A stretch of 51,808 nucleotides of DNA from IMG/VR virus record IMGVR_UViG_3300030107_003389, positions 1 to 51,808 of that record; one strand, written 5' to 3'. Origin of the DNA: a virus. Taxonomy: Duplodnaviria; Caudoviricetes. Below the pieces are notes generated by a model. The model worked only from the letters and a program-made list of their open reading frames with translations, was not told the DNA's origin and did not search any database. The position numbers were made by a program, and so were the translations under genes. Shown piece after piece: positions 18,391-25,772 of the stretch (position 1 is the stretch's first letter; every line of letters begins with the position of its first letter).

Positions 18391-18608
18391 AAAGGAGGTA
18401 TTTCCTATGAGCCCGTAAACACACTAAAAGTGTGTAATCGGAACGATAGGAGTTCTGAGTATTGTTTACATTAAACATGTATTAATTCAACTTGCCTATG
18501 GGCATTAAATATGTTGTCGTGCCTAACTTAATGGATAGTGGGCATGGGATGTGCACAATCGGTTAGTGTATGTGTAAATAATGCACGGAAACTCGCCGAT
18601 TGCACACT
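18391..18608 (+). ncRNA. Candidate structured non-coding island 3 beginning with an SD + Met-Ser-Pro-stop minigene
   Basis: AAAGGAGGT-N7-ATG AGC CCG TAA (18407-18418); nested stem 18403-18451; stem 18550-18606. Confidence 0.5.
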
Positions 18609-18629
18609 TAAAACAAAAAAATAAAAGTG

Positions 18630-18659
18630 TTGAGTTTAAAGCAAATTTATTAGTATATT
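18630..18659 (+). promoter_or_regulatory. Putative sigma70 promoter
   Basis: TTGAGT-N18-TATATT, A-rich upstream. Confidence 0.5.
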
Positions 18660-18711
18660 GTTTTAGAGAGACATTTTTATTGTAAGTTTAACAATAAGTG
18701 AGGTTGCAGAT

Positions 18712-18912
18712 ATGCTTGATTTAAAAATTACTGATAAAATAAGTAGTGGTAAATTAAAAGAATTTACTTTTGTGCTCAGAAATAAAAGAGCACTTCAAGG
18801 GTTTATCACAAAACAATTTGTTGCTAAAAATAAGCAACAAGCAATTACTATGTTGCAACAAAATTGCGACTTAGTTTATGACGAAAAAAATGGAGATAAA
18901 TTAATTTCTTAA
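18712..18912 (+). CDS. Small basic hypothetical protein
   Basis: GAGGT RBS; 66 aa. Confidence 0.65.
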   Translation: MLDLKITDKISSGKLKEFTFVLRNKRALQGFITKQFVAKNKQQAITMLQQNCDLVYDEKNGDKLIS

Positions 18913-18921
18913 TTTTTTTTC

Positions 18922-18972
18922 TTGACTTTCGCTAACAAACTAATTAAACTAACATATAGTTAGTCTAACTAT
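18922..18972 (+). promoter_or_regulatory. Putative promoter with downstream TAGTTAG-T-CTAACTA palindrome
   Basis: TTGACT-N17-TAAACT (18922-18950); palindrome 18956-18972 shares a 15-mer with 8156-8170. Confidence 0.65.
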
Positions 18973-19012
18973 CTAACTTAGATAACTATACTTTTTTTAC
19001 CTTTATTCGAGT

Positions 19013-19270
19013 AAAAAGGCAAGGTTTTTAATTTTCCCTGAATTAGTTAGTTCTCATCAATTCATGTTATGCTATCAGGGTTTTCATGTTTTCCTTGCCT
19101 TTTTCTTTTTTAATCCTTATATTCCCTTATAACATGTCAGGTAGTGATACAATTACTTAAACATTTAATAGCACTTAAAAGGAGTGTTGCAGGTTTGTAA
19201 ATCCTGTTTACCTTTGTTGTTAATATTTAAGCAAATACAAAATTGGTTTGGCTACCTTATCGCTACCTGA
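19013..19270 (+). ncRNA. Structured leader/non-coding island 4 upstream of the recombination operon
   Basis: 12-bp IR 19013-19024/19093-19104 with inner CCCTGA/TCAGGG; 13-bp stem with G-U 19137-19149/19258-19270; TTGCCT-N17-TATATT at 19095-19123. Confidence 0.5.
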
Positions 19271-19288
19271 TTTAATTAAGGAGAATAT

Positions 19289-20158
19289 ATGTCGGCGATA
19301 GGTTTTATATGTCCTGATAATCAAGAAATACAATTTAAAGATTGCTTTAATAAATGTCGCATGTCCGAGAGATGCATGTCTATTGCGACATTAAAAGCGA
19401 TGTCTGAGCAACGACCACCTAATCGCCCTCCCTCAACAACTGAACTCTTGTCTGGAACATGCGAGAGTTATCTCAAAAGAACACAAGAATATTTTATCAA
19501 CCCTCAGGATAGAGCATTTGCTCTTATGGGAACAATTCATCATCTACAATTAGAAAACCAAGATGTTGGAGACAATGTTTTACAAGAGGAAAATCTACAA
19601 GGTTTAGATATTACTGGAATTTTAGACTTTTACGACAAAGAAAGCCAAACATTAATCGATTATAAAAACACGGGAAGTTTTAAAGCCTCAAAAGTGCTCG
19701 GATTAAAAAATAGATTAGTTCCATGTCCATTAAGAACGAAATACAAGAAATCAGGAAAGTGGGGGAAAGCAGGAACAATCAAAAAAGTGAAAGAGCACTA
19801 TCAAGACGAAAATTCTAAGGATTTCGGAGATTGGTTATATCAAGTAAACATGTATCGTTATATGCTTGAATTAAAAGGATATAAAGTAAAACACATGAAA
19901 CTACAAATGAATATCAGGGATGCAGGAACATACTCCTGTAAAGATAGGGGAATAACACGAAATATTTACTTTGTCGATATTCCTTTCCTTGACAATGATA
20001 TAATTATTCCGTATTTTCTTGAAAAGAGAGATAGACTTTTACAACATCTTGAAGATGAAACTACTCCTCCAAAATGCTCAGACGAGGAAACTTGGGAGGG
20101 TAAAAAATGTGAAAGTTATTGCGAAGTAAGAGGTTTATGCCCACACATAAACAAGTAA
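19289..20158 (+). CDS. Cas4-like PD-(D/E)XK exonuclease (Fe-S type)
   Basis: GTIHH, GILD, IDYK, YQVNMY and C-terminal C-x3-C-x5-C; solo, no CRISPR context. Confidence 0.85.
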   Translation: MSAIGFICPDNQEIQFKDCFNKCRMSERCMSIATLKAMSEQRPPNRPPSTTELLSGTCESYLKRTQEYFINPQDRAFALMGTIHHLQLENQDVGDNVLQEENLQGLDITGILDFYDKESQTLIDYKNTGSFKASKVLGLKNRLVPCPLRTKYKKSGKWGKAGTIKKVKEHYQDENSKDFGDWLYQVNMYRYMLELKGYKVKHMKLQMNIRDAGTYSCKDRGITRNIYFVDIPFLDNDIIIPYFLEKRDRLLQHLEDETTPPKCSDEETWEGKKCESYCEVRGLCPHINK

Positions 20159-20183
20159 GTTAATTAAATAGTAAGGAGTTGTT

Positions 20184-20864
20184 ATGGCAACCAATGTTAA
20201 GAAAAAAACAAAGAGTGTTTTTGAAACACTAAACAAAATCAATGTAAATGAGTTCACGGAAAAGAAAGGTAGATTTACTTACTTATCTTGGAGTGATGCA
20301 ATCACGGAAGTTCTTAAAGTTTATCCTGATACTACATGGGATGTTCACGAATTTTCCAATGGAGAAAATTTTGGCTCTCAACCTTATATGAGCACGGAGG
20401 CTGGATGTTTTGTTAAAGTTTCAGTATCAATCGAAAACATTACAAGAACACAAATTCATCCTGTTCTTGACAATAGAAATCAACCTGTATTAAGTCCAAA
20501 TGCATTTCAAATTAACACATCTATATTAAGATGTTTAACTAAATGTTTATCTTTATTTGGCTTAGGATTATACATTTATAGGGGAGAGGATTTACCTGAG
20601 GAGGAAAAGCCTAATACTATATCTGATGCTCAATATAAGATGATATTGGATTTAACGAAAAGCAAGGGTGCAAATTTTCATAAATCTTTACAAAAAGCAA
20701 TCAAAGACAAAAAGATAAATACAAATAACTTTGATAATTATGTAGATAAAATTAAAGAAAGTATTGAACTTGAAAAGAAAGAACTCGAAAAAAAGCAAGT
20801 CAAAGAAAAGAATATCGAGTTGCAAAATAAAGACTATAATGATAAAGTTAAGGAGAAAAAATGA
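20184..20864 (+). CDS. Sak-like/DUF1071 ssDNA annealing protein
   Basis: FTYLSWSDA, HPVLDNRN, INTSILRCLTK, GLGLYIYRGEDLP. Confidence 0.9.
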   Translation: MATNVKKKTKSVFETLNKINVNEFTEKKGRFTYLSWSDAITEVLKVYPDTTWDVHEFSNGENFGSQPYMSTEAGCFVKVSVSIENITRTQIHPVLDNRNQPVLSPNAFQINTSILRCLTKCLSLFGLGLYIYRGEDLPEEEKPNTISDAQYKMILDLTKSKGANFHKSLQKAIKDKKINTNNFDNYVDKIKESIELEKKELEKKQVKEKNIELQNKDYNDKVKEKK

Positions 20865-21061
20865 GTAGAGAAGATGTCTTTAAGATGATGACACAAGAGC
20901 AACATGATGACTACACGAGAGAGTTGGAAGATAAAATAGAGGCTCGTGAAAAAGAATATATAACAATTAAAGTAAAAAAAGATAACTATAATTCTTTGAT
21001 GAAAGAAATGTTAAAACAATTTAGAGAATTACAATACAATGTAAAAGTGGAGGAAAAATGA
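20861..21061 (+). CDS. Hypothetical protein
   Basis: AAGGAG RBS; ATGA coupling. Confidence 0.7.
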   Translation: MSREDVFKMMTQEQHDDYTRELEDKIEAREKEYITIKVKKDNYNSLMKEMLKQFRELQYNVKVEEK

Positions 21062-21573
21062 ACGATACATTAGAAAGTGCTTTAGACGAAGTATTCGGAG
21101 AGGATGCATGGTTTGAGCCAAGCGAAAGTAAAGGCTCAAGTATTCCTGAGGGAGAATATGATGCTAAGGTAGTTGATTTAGTAGTAAAAGAAGATATAGT
21201 AATTAGTGGTAAATTTTTAGCCGATATTTATGAGCCTGTTTTTCAAATTCAGGGCAAAGAAGTAAGGCATAAAGGTTTGTTTAGGTTTAAAAAACCTGAC
21301 CCTGCTAAATATCCAAATTTACAAAGTGATATGGGCTCAAACTCAAACTACTACAAGTTTTGTGATATGTTAAAGATAGCACAAAATAAAGACGGAAAAT
21401 TATTTCTACCTCAGTTAGACTTAGACACTTTAAAACAATATCAATATAAAGTTGTTGTTGTTATAGAAAGTTGGACTGGTAGAGAGGGAAATGAAATGAG
21501 AACTCCTCGTGTTAAGTTTGTGAATAGTGCTCAATTAGAAGTAAATAGCAACGAAGAAGAATTACCATTTTAA
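21058..21573 (+). CDS. ssb: Single-stranded DNA-binding protein (DUF669-like)
   Basis: IPEGEYDAKV, OB-like strands, acidic tail EEELPF; follows the annealase. Confidence 0.75.
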   Translation: MNDTLESALDEVFGEDAWFEPSESKGSSIPEGEYDAKVVDLVVKEDIVISGKFLADIYEPVFQIQGKEVRHKGLFRFKKPDPAKYPNLQSDMGSNSNYYKFCDMLKIAQNKDGKLFLPQLDLDTLKQYQYKVVVVIESWTGREGNEMRTPRVKFVNSAQLEVNSNEEELPF

Positions 21574-21575
21574 TA

Positions 21576-21679
21576 TAGATTAAACGAAAATTAAACAACT
21601 CATATATTAATATAATCATTTGTTTAGTCTGTGTTTATGGTGTGAGCAAGGTTAGGTTTCTCTATTCCTAACTTTGCTC
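21576..21679 (+). other. Two intergenic hairpins with G-U pairs (terminator or processing site)
   Basis: 21576-21631 and GAGCAAGGTTAGG/CCTAACTTTGCTC 21644-21679. Confidence 0.55.
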
Positions 21680-21696
21680 TAATTAAGGAAAGTTTT

Positions 21697-21900
21697 ATGA
21701 AAGATAAAAAATTAGTTTACGATAAGAATAGAAATCCAAAATATATACCAACATCTCCTGTTGTCCACGACAAAAAATGGAGAAAGGAAACATCTGAGCA
21801 CTTCCGAAAAAAACATGGTGCTTGGTGGATTTTTGCAGGGATTAGAGGCTCGGCAAAAAGAACTTGGATTGACCAATATAGAAAGAAAGCAAGAGGTTAA
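21697..21900 (+). CDS. Basic hypothetical protein
   Basis: AAGGA RBS. Confidence 0.65.
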   Translation: MKDKKLVYDKNRNPKYIPTSPVVHDKKWRKETSEHFRKKHGAWWIFAGIRGSAKRTWIDQYRKKARG

Positions 21901-21901
21901 A

Positions 21902-22117
21902 ATGAAAAAATGGATGAAAAAATCTGCACAGGATTTAGAGAAATTCCTTGAAGATAAATTAGAAAACTATGTAGGAGAAATGTTTTGGCTACAAAATGTA
22001 GGTAAAATATATCTTACGGAAAATGGCGATATTGACGAAATAACTATGCAAGGAGAATTTAACGAAGAAATTGATATAGTTAAAGAGTGGATAGATGATT
22101 GGAAAAAAGATGAGTAA
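21902..22117 (+). CDS. Acidic hypothetical protein
   Basis: GAGGT RBS before ATG 21902. Confidence 0.65.
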   Translation: MKKWMKKSAQDLEKFLEDKLENYVGEMFWLQNVGKIYLTENGDIDEITMQGEFNEEIDIVKEWIDDWKKDE

Positions 22118-22313
22118 AAAAGGAAAAGAATATTCAGATAAAGAAGTAAATTCAATGATATTATATCTTAGAATTAATCGTGTAGCCGAAATGCAATACA
22201 TTGACGATAGTTCAGATAAGTTTCATGATTTTATTAGCCATAAAAAACTAACAAGAGAAGAAGTTATAGACTTAGCACTTGATTATAAATGGCATAAAAG
22301 TTGGAATACATAA
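22110..22313 (+). CDS. Hypothetical protein
   Basis: Coupled ORF. Confidence 0.6.
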   Translation: MSKKGKEYSDKEVNSMILYLRINRVAEMQYIDDSSDKFHDFISHKKLTREEVIDLALDYKWHKSWNT

Positions 22314-22314
22314 A

Positions 22315-22482
22315 ATGAAACCAAAAGAAGATAAATCTTGGGATATAAGGGTTGAGGGAAAACAAAATAAAAACAATATTATTTTTCAAGACAAAGCCTA
22401 TTATAAATTATATTTAGAGTTAAAAAAAGAAAATGATAAAATTAAAGCAATAAAAGGAGACGAAAATGGTTGCAAAAAATAA
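22315..22482 (+). CDS. Hypothetical protein
   Basis: Tightly packed ORF. Confidence 0.55.
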   Translation: MKPKEDKSWDIRVEGKQNKNNIIFQDKAYYKLYLELKKENDKIKAIKGDENGCKK

Positions 22483-22780
22483 AGCAAGAGGAACATATTA
22501 CGAAAGAAAATGTGTAGAATTTGCTAAGAGTTTAGGTTTAGATGCAGAAAGAACTTGGGGGTCAGACGGAAGAAGTAGAGGACTTCCTCAAGAAGTAGAT
22601 ATGGTGCTCGAAGAAGACATTTACATACAATGCAAGAAAAGAAAAAAACTTGCAAAACATTTAAAACCAACTAAAAATATACATGTTCAATTTGTTGGAG
22701 AAGATTATGGAGAAAATTATGCTATCATGTCTCAGGAATATTACTTAACTTTGATAGCAATGTTAAAGGAGGTTAAATAA
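22466..22780 (+). CDS. Hjc-like Holliday junction resolvase
   Basis: KARGTYYER, AERTWGS, VD...IQCK PD-(D/E)XK-type motif. Confidence 0.8.
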   Translation: MVAKNKARGTYYERKCVEFAKSLGLDAERTWGSDGRSRGLPQEVDMVLEEDIYIQCKKRKKLAKHLKPTKNIHVQFVGEDYGENYAIMSQEYYLTLIAMLKEVK

Positions 22781-22878
22781 TGGCTAAAAGAAAATACACA
22801 AGAAAGAAATTAAGTTTTTGGGATAAAGTTGCCAAAGGCTTAGAAAAATTTCTATCTACGGCTATGCCTAAAAAGTAA
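22780..22878 (+). CDS. 32-aa basic amphipathic microprotein (MAKRKYTRKKLSFWDKVAKGLEKFL...)
   Basis: AAGGAGG RBS; TAATG coupling. Confidence 0.6.
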   Translation: MAKRKYTRKKLSFWDKVAKGLEKFLSTAMPKK

Positions 22879-22885
22879 TAGCAAG

Positions 22886-22914
22886 TTGAAATCATGTTAA
22901 ATTATTATTATATT
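22886..22914 (+). promoter_or_regulatory. Putative sigma70 promoter
   Basis: TTGAAA-N17-TATATT. Confidence 0.55.
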
Positions 22915-22937
22915 ACAAACCTATAAAGGAGGATAAA

Positions 22938-23150
22938 ATGTCAAAAAAAGACAAGGAAATGCAAGAAAATGCTGAAAAAAACTTGACAAAATATTCTGAT
23001 GAAGTTCAGAAAGTTCAAGAAAGAAAAAATCATTTAATCCAAGAGTTAGATGCTTTAAATAAAACCGAACAAAGACTTGTTGGTGCTATGGTAGGGCTTC
23101 AGGAATTACTTGGAGAAGAAAGCGAAGAAAACAAAAAAGAGGAAAACTAA
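22938..23150 (+). CDS. Coiled-coil protein
   Basis: AAGGAGG RBS. Confidence 0.75.
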   Translation: MSKKDKEMQENAEKNLTKYSDEVQKVQERKNHLIQELDALNKTEQRLVGAMVGLQELLGEESEENKKEEN

Positions 23151-23329
23151 TGAGTTCAAACGAAGAAAAGTTAAAAGACTATGAAAGTGAAATAAAGGAT
23201 ATTAACTCTATGTTAGATGACCTTACAATGAGAAAAGCAAAATTATTGTTTGCTATTAAACAATTACAAAACGATAATTTAAGCACTCAACTTAGGCTTA
23301 ATCCTAAAAATATAGGGGGAATATCATGA
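23150..23329 (+). CDS. Coiled-coil protein (59 aa; not in track)
   Basis: GAGGA RBS; TAATG and ATGA coupling. Confidence 0.65.
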   Translation: MSSNEEKLKDYESEIKDINSMLDDLTMRKAKLLFAIKQLQNDNLSTQLRLNPKNIGGIS

Positions 23330-23529
23330 CACAAAATGATATGATATTGGTTGCACTTAAAAACGGAGAAAAAGTCACTCCTTTAAGTGCACTCCAAAAC
23401 TTTGGTTGTTTTAGATTAAGTGCTCGAATTTGGGATTTAAGAAATGAAGGGCATCCTATATCTAAAAAAACAATATCAACTCCTCAGGGAAAGTCTGTTG
23501 CAGAATATTATTATGACAAACAAGATTAA
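23326..23529 (+). CDS. Winged helix-turn-helix protein
   Basis: ITPL-like VTPLSALQNFGCFRLSARIWDLRNEGHPI...VAEY phage wHTH signature. Confidence 0.85.
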   Translation: MTQNDMILVALKNGEKVTPLSALQNFGCFRLSARIWDLRNEGHPISKKTISTPQGKSVAEYYYDKQD

Positions 23530-23704
23530 TAATATTAAAATAGAAAAAGGAACACAATCTGAGAAAGATGTTGATGACTTTAAAGAGTGGATATTAACTA
23601 AGGCAAATCAGTTAGGCTTTTCAGTAGAAACAAAAGAAATAAACCTTGATAAAGATTTAGAGGCTCGTAGTGGAGTTGCTCTATGTGATACATGTGATGA
23701 TTAA
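23513..23704 (+). CDS. Hypothetical protein
   Basis: C-terminal CDTCDD. Confidence 0.6.
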   Translation: MTNKINNIKIEKGTQSEKDVDDFKEWILTKANQLGFSVETKEINLDKDLEARSGVALCDTCDD

Positions 23705-24027
23705 TGAAAATCTTTATCAAAAAAATCATTACTAAATGGTTGTATTTATACGAAAGTATTTATTCTAAAGAAACTCTTGAATATTACTTTGGCAAAAATA
23801 CAGACTGGTTTGATGACGAGAACATAGAAAGCGAAAAAAGAAAAAAAAACGAAGTTTCTTATAGCAGGAAATCTAAGTTCCAACCTTATAGATGTCCACA
23901 ATGCAAAAAATCATGGAGATATTATTCCATGCCTAAGGGGAAAGTTCCTCTTAGGGAATTTATCGGAAAAGGAATACCAATGGAGGAAAAAAAATGCCCA
24001 AAAAAATTAAAGTGCTCAAAAATTTGA
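23704..24027 (+). CDS. Zn-binding hypothetical protein
   Basis: CPQC...CPKKLKC; TAATG coupling. Confidence 0.65.
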   Translation: MKIFIKKIITKWLYLYESIYSKETLEYYFGKNTDWFDDENIESEKRKKNEVSYSRKSKFQPYRCPQCKKSWRYYSMPKGKVPLREFIGKGIPMEEKKCPKKLKCSKI

Positions 24028-24073
24028 ACCTGTGCTCAACTTCTGCTGCCGAGCACTCACCTAAGGACTGGCA

Positions 24074-24421
24074 ATGAGATGCCCTGCTTGTGGTTGGTCA
24101 AACACCTTAAAAAATTACCCTAGAAAAATAAAACAATTAGAAAACAAACTTAGCCATGAAGCCCTTGAACATTTAAGACGGCTTTTCTTAACAACATTAG
24201 ATGATTTAACATCATATACACTTTTAAAATCATGCGAAGAACTTGAAGATAAAGTCATTGAACATTGTGTAAATATATGGGAAAGAAGAAATTTAGAAAA
24301 AAAAGGCTTTGATGTATATTATTTCATTGGTATATTGAGAAATGAAAACAAGAAGTTTGAGAACAAACTGATTGTTGAAAAAAACAAATTAGAACAATTA
24401 CCACCTACTATTAATGAATAA
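24074..24421 (+). CDS. Hypothetical protein; possible helicase loader/initiator
   Basis: N-terminal CPAC; overlaps DnaB start. Confidence 0.5.
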   Translation: MRCPACGWSNTLKNYPRKIKQLENKLSHEALEHLRRLFLTTLDDLTSYTLLKSCEELEDKVIEHCVNIWERRNLEKKGFDVYYFIGILRNENKKFENKLIVEKNKLEQLPPTINE

Positions 24422-25772
24422 TAAAAATCTTGAAGTATCAAAAATGTATAGTGGCATGTCAGAACGAGAAGTTTTGGGATGCATGCTACTCGATGATAGC
24501 ACTATTAATGAAGTAATAAAGTATATTCCTACTAAACAAGTATTTTATCACAAAGACCACCAAAACATTTGGTCTGCTATTTATAGTCTGCACAAGCAAA
24601 ATAAGAAAATCGATTTAAGTGTTGTTGCAAACTATTTAGGAGAAAAAGGATTAAAGATTACATATTATTTAAGTGGAATTACTGAACAAATAGTATCAAA
24701 AGGTAATTTAAATACACATGCAAAAATTATTTATGATTTATATTTAAGAAGAGAACTTTGGAATAAGGTTGCGAAGTTTCAACAAAGATTAAAAGACGAA
24801 AGTTCTTATAAAGAAGTAGCAACTGATGTTAATATGTTGGGGAGAATTTCCGACAAATTCGCCGATATGCTCGATAATGGCAATAAGTCAATGGATTGCA
24901 TCACAGAAGAAATGGAAGAGGCTATATTTGCTCAAAAAAATCTATTACAAACTGGATTAAGAAAAGTAGATAAGTCAATCGTTGGTATGACAAAGGGCGA
25001 AATCTCCATTATTGCAGGTAGACCTGGAAACGGAAAGAGCACCTTAGCCTTAAATATGGTTAAAAATATGATTTTAGACGGCAAAAAAGTAATGTTAGTT
25101 AGTAGAGAAATGCCTAATGTTGAGATTATTAAGAAGTTAGTTGCTATGCATACTAATGTTCGTAATAAGGAAATGAGAGGAAATGCTCACAAACACAAAG
25201 AAGAAATCAAAAAAGGTTTAGAGTTCATAAAAAAACATTACACTTCGCTTCATTTATTTGATAATTTAAGAAGTCTCGATGATAGTATAAACGAGGCAAA
25301 AAAAATAAGACCCGATGTAATTATTGATGACCATGTTGGTTTTATTGAATTTCCACATTACGATAATAGAGATACTCGACATCGTATTGCCGAAATTACA
25401 AGAAGATATAAATGGTTAGCAAAAGAAATTGATTGTTCTGTAATCTTAGTCTCTCAACTAAACAGAAACATAGAACATCGAGTTGATAAGATACCAAGAC
25501 TTAGCGACCTTGCTGAGTCTGGTAATCTTGAGCAAGATGCCGAAATTGTAGTCTTTGCCTATTATCCCTATGTATACGAATATGATAATGCCGAGCACGG
25601 AGAACACGGATTAAAAATTATCATAGCAAAAAATAGATACGGAACAACATGTAAATTTGATATGGGTTATCACGGAGATAGTGCTACAATATTGGATAAT
25701 CCTGCCGAGGCTATTGCAAAATCTGAGGGTAGAGAACTTACTACTGAAGAAGTAGTAGAAAGTCTATTTTAA
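24414..25772 (+). CDS. dnaB: Replicative DNA helicase
   Basis: N-terminal SEREVLG/FY..HQNIW; IAGRPGNGKS, SREM, SQLNR, LSDLAESGNLEQDA, AKNRYG. Confidence 0.95.
   Translation: MNNKNLEVSKMYSGMSEREVLGCMLLDDSTINEVIKYIPTKQVFYHKDHQNIWSAIYSLHKQNKKIDLSVVANYLGEKGLKITYYLSGITEQIVSKGNLNTHAKIIYDLYLRRELWNKVAKFQQRLKDESSYKEVATDVNMLGRISDKFADMLDNGNKSMDCITEEMEEAIFAQKNLLQTGLRKVDKSIVGMTKGEISIIAGRPGNGKSTLALNMVKNMILDGKKVMLVSREMPNVEIIKKLVAMHTNVRNKEMRGNAHKHKEEIKKGLEFIKKHYTSLHLFDNLRSLDDSINEAKKIRPDVIIDDHVGFIEFPHYDNRDTRHRIAEITRRYKWLAKEIDCSVILVSQLNRNIEHRVDKIPRLSDLAESGNLEQDAEIVVFAYYPYVYEYDNAEHGEHGLKIIIAKNRYGTTCKFDMGYHGDSATILDNPAEAIAKSEGRELTTEEVVESLF

Noticed and set aside
19289-20158. CRISPR-Cas system
   Set aside because: Solo Cas4-like nuclease in a recombination operon; no repeat-spacer array or other cas genes seen
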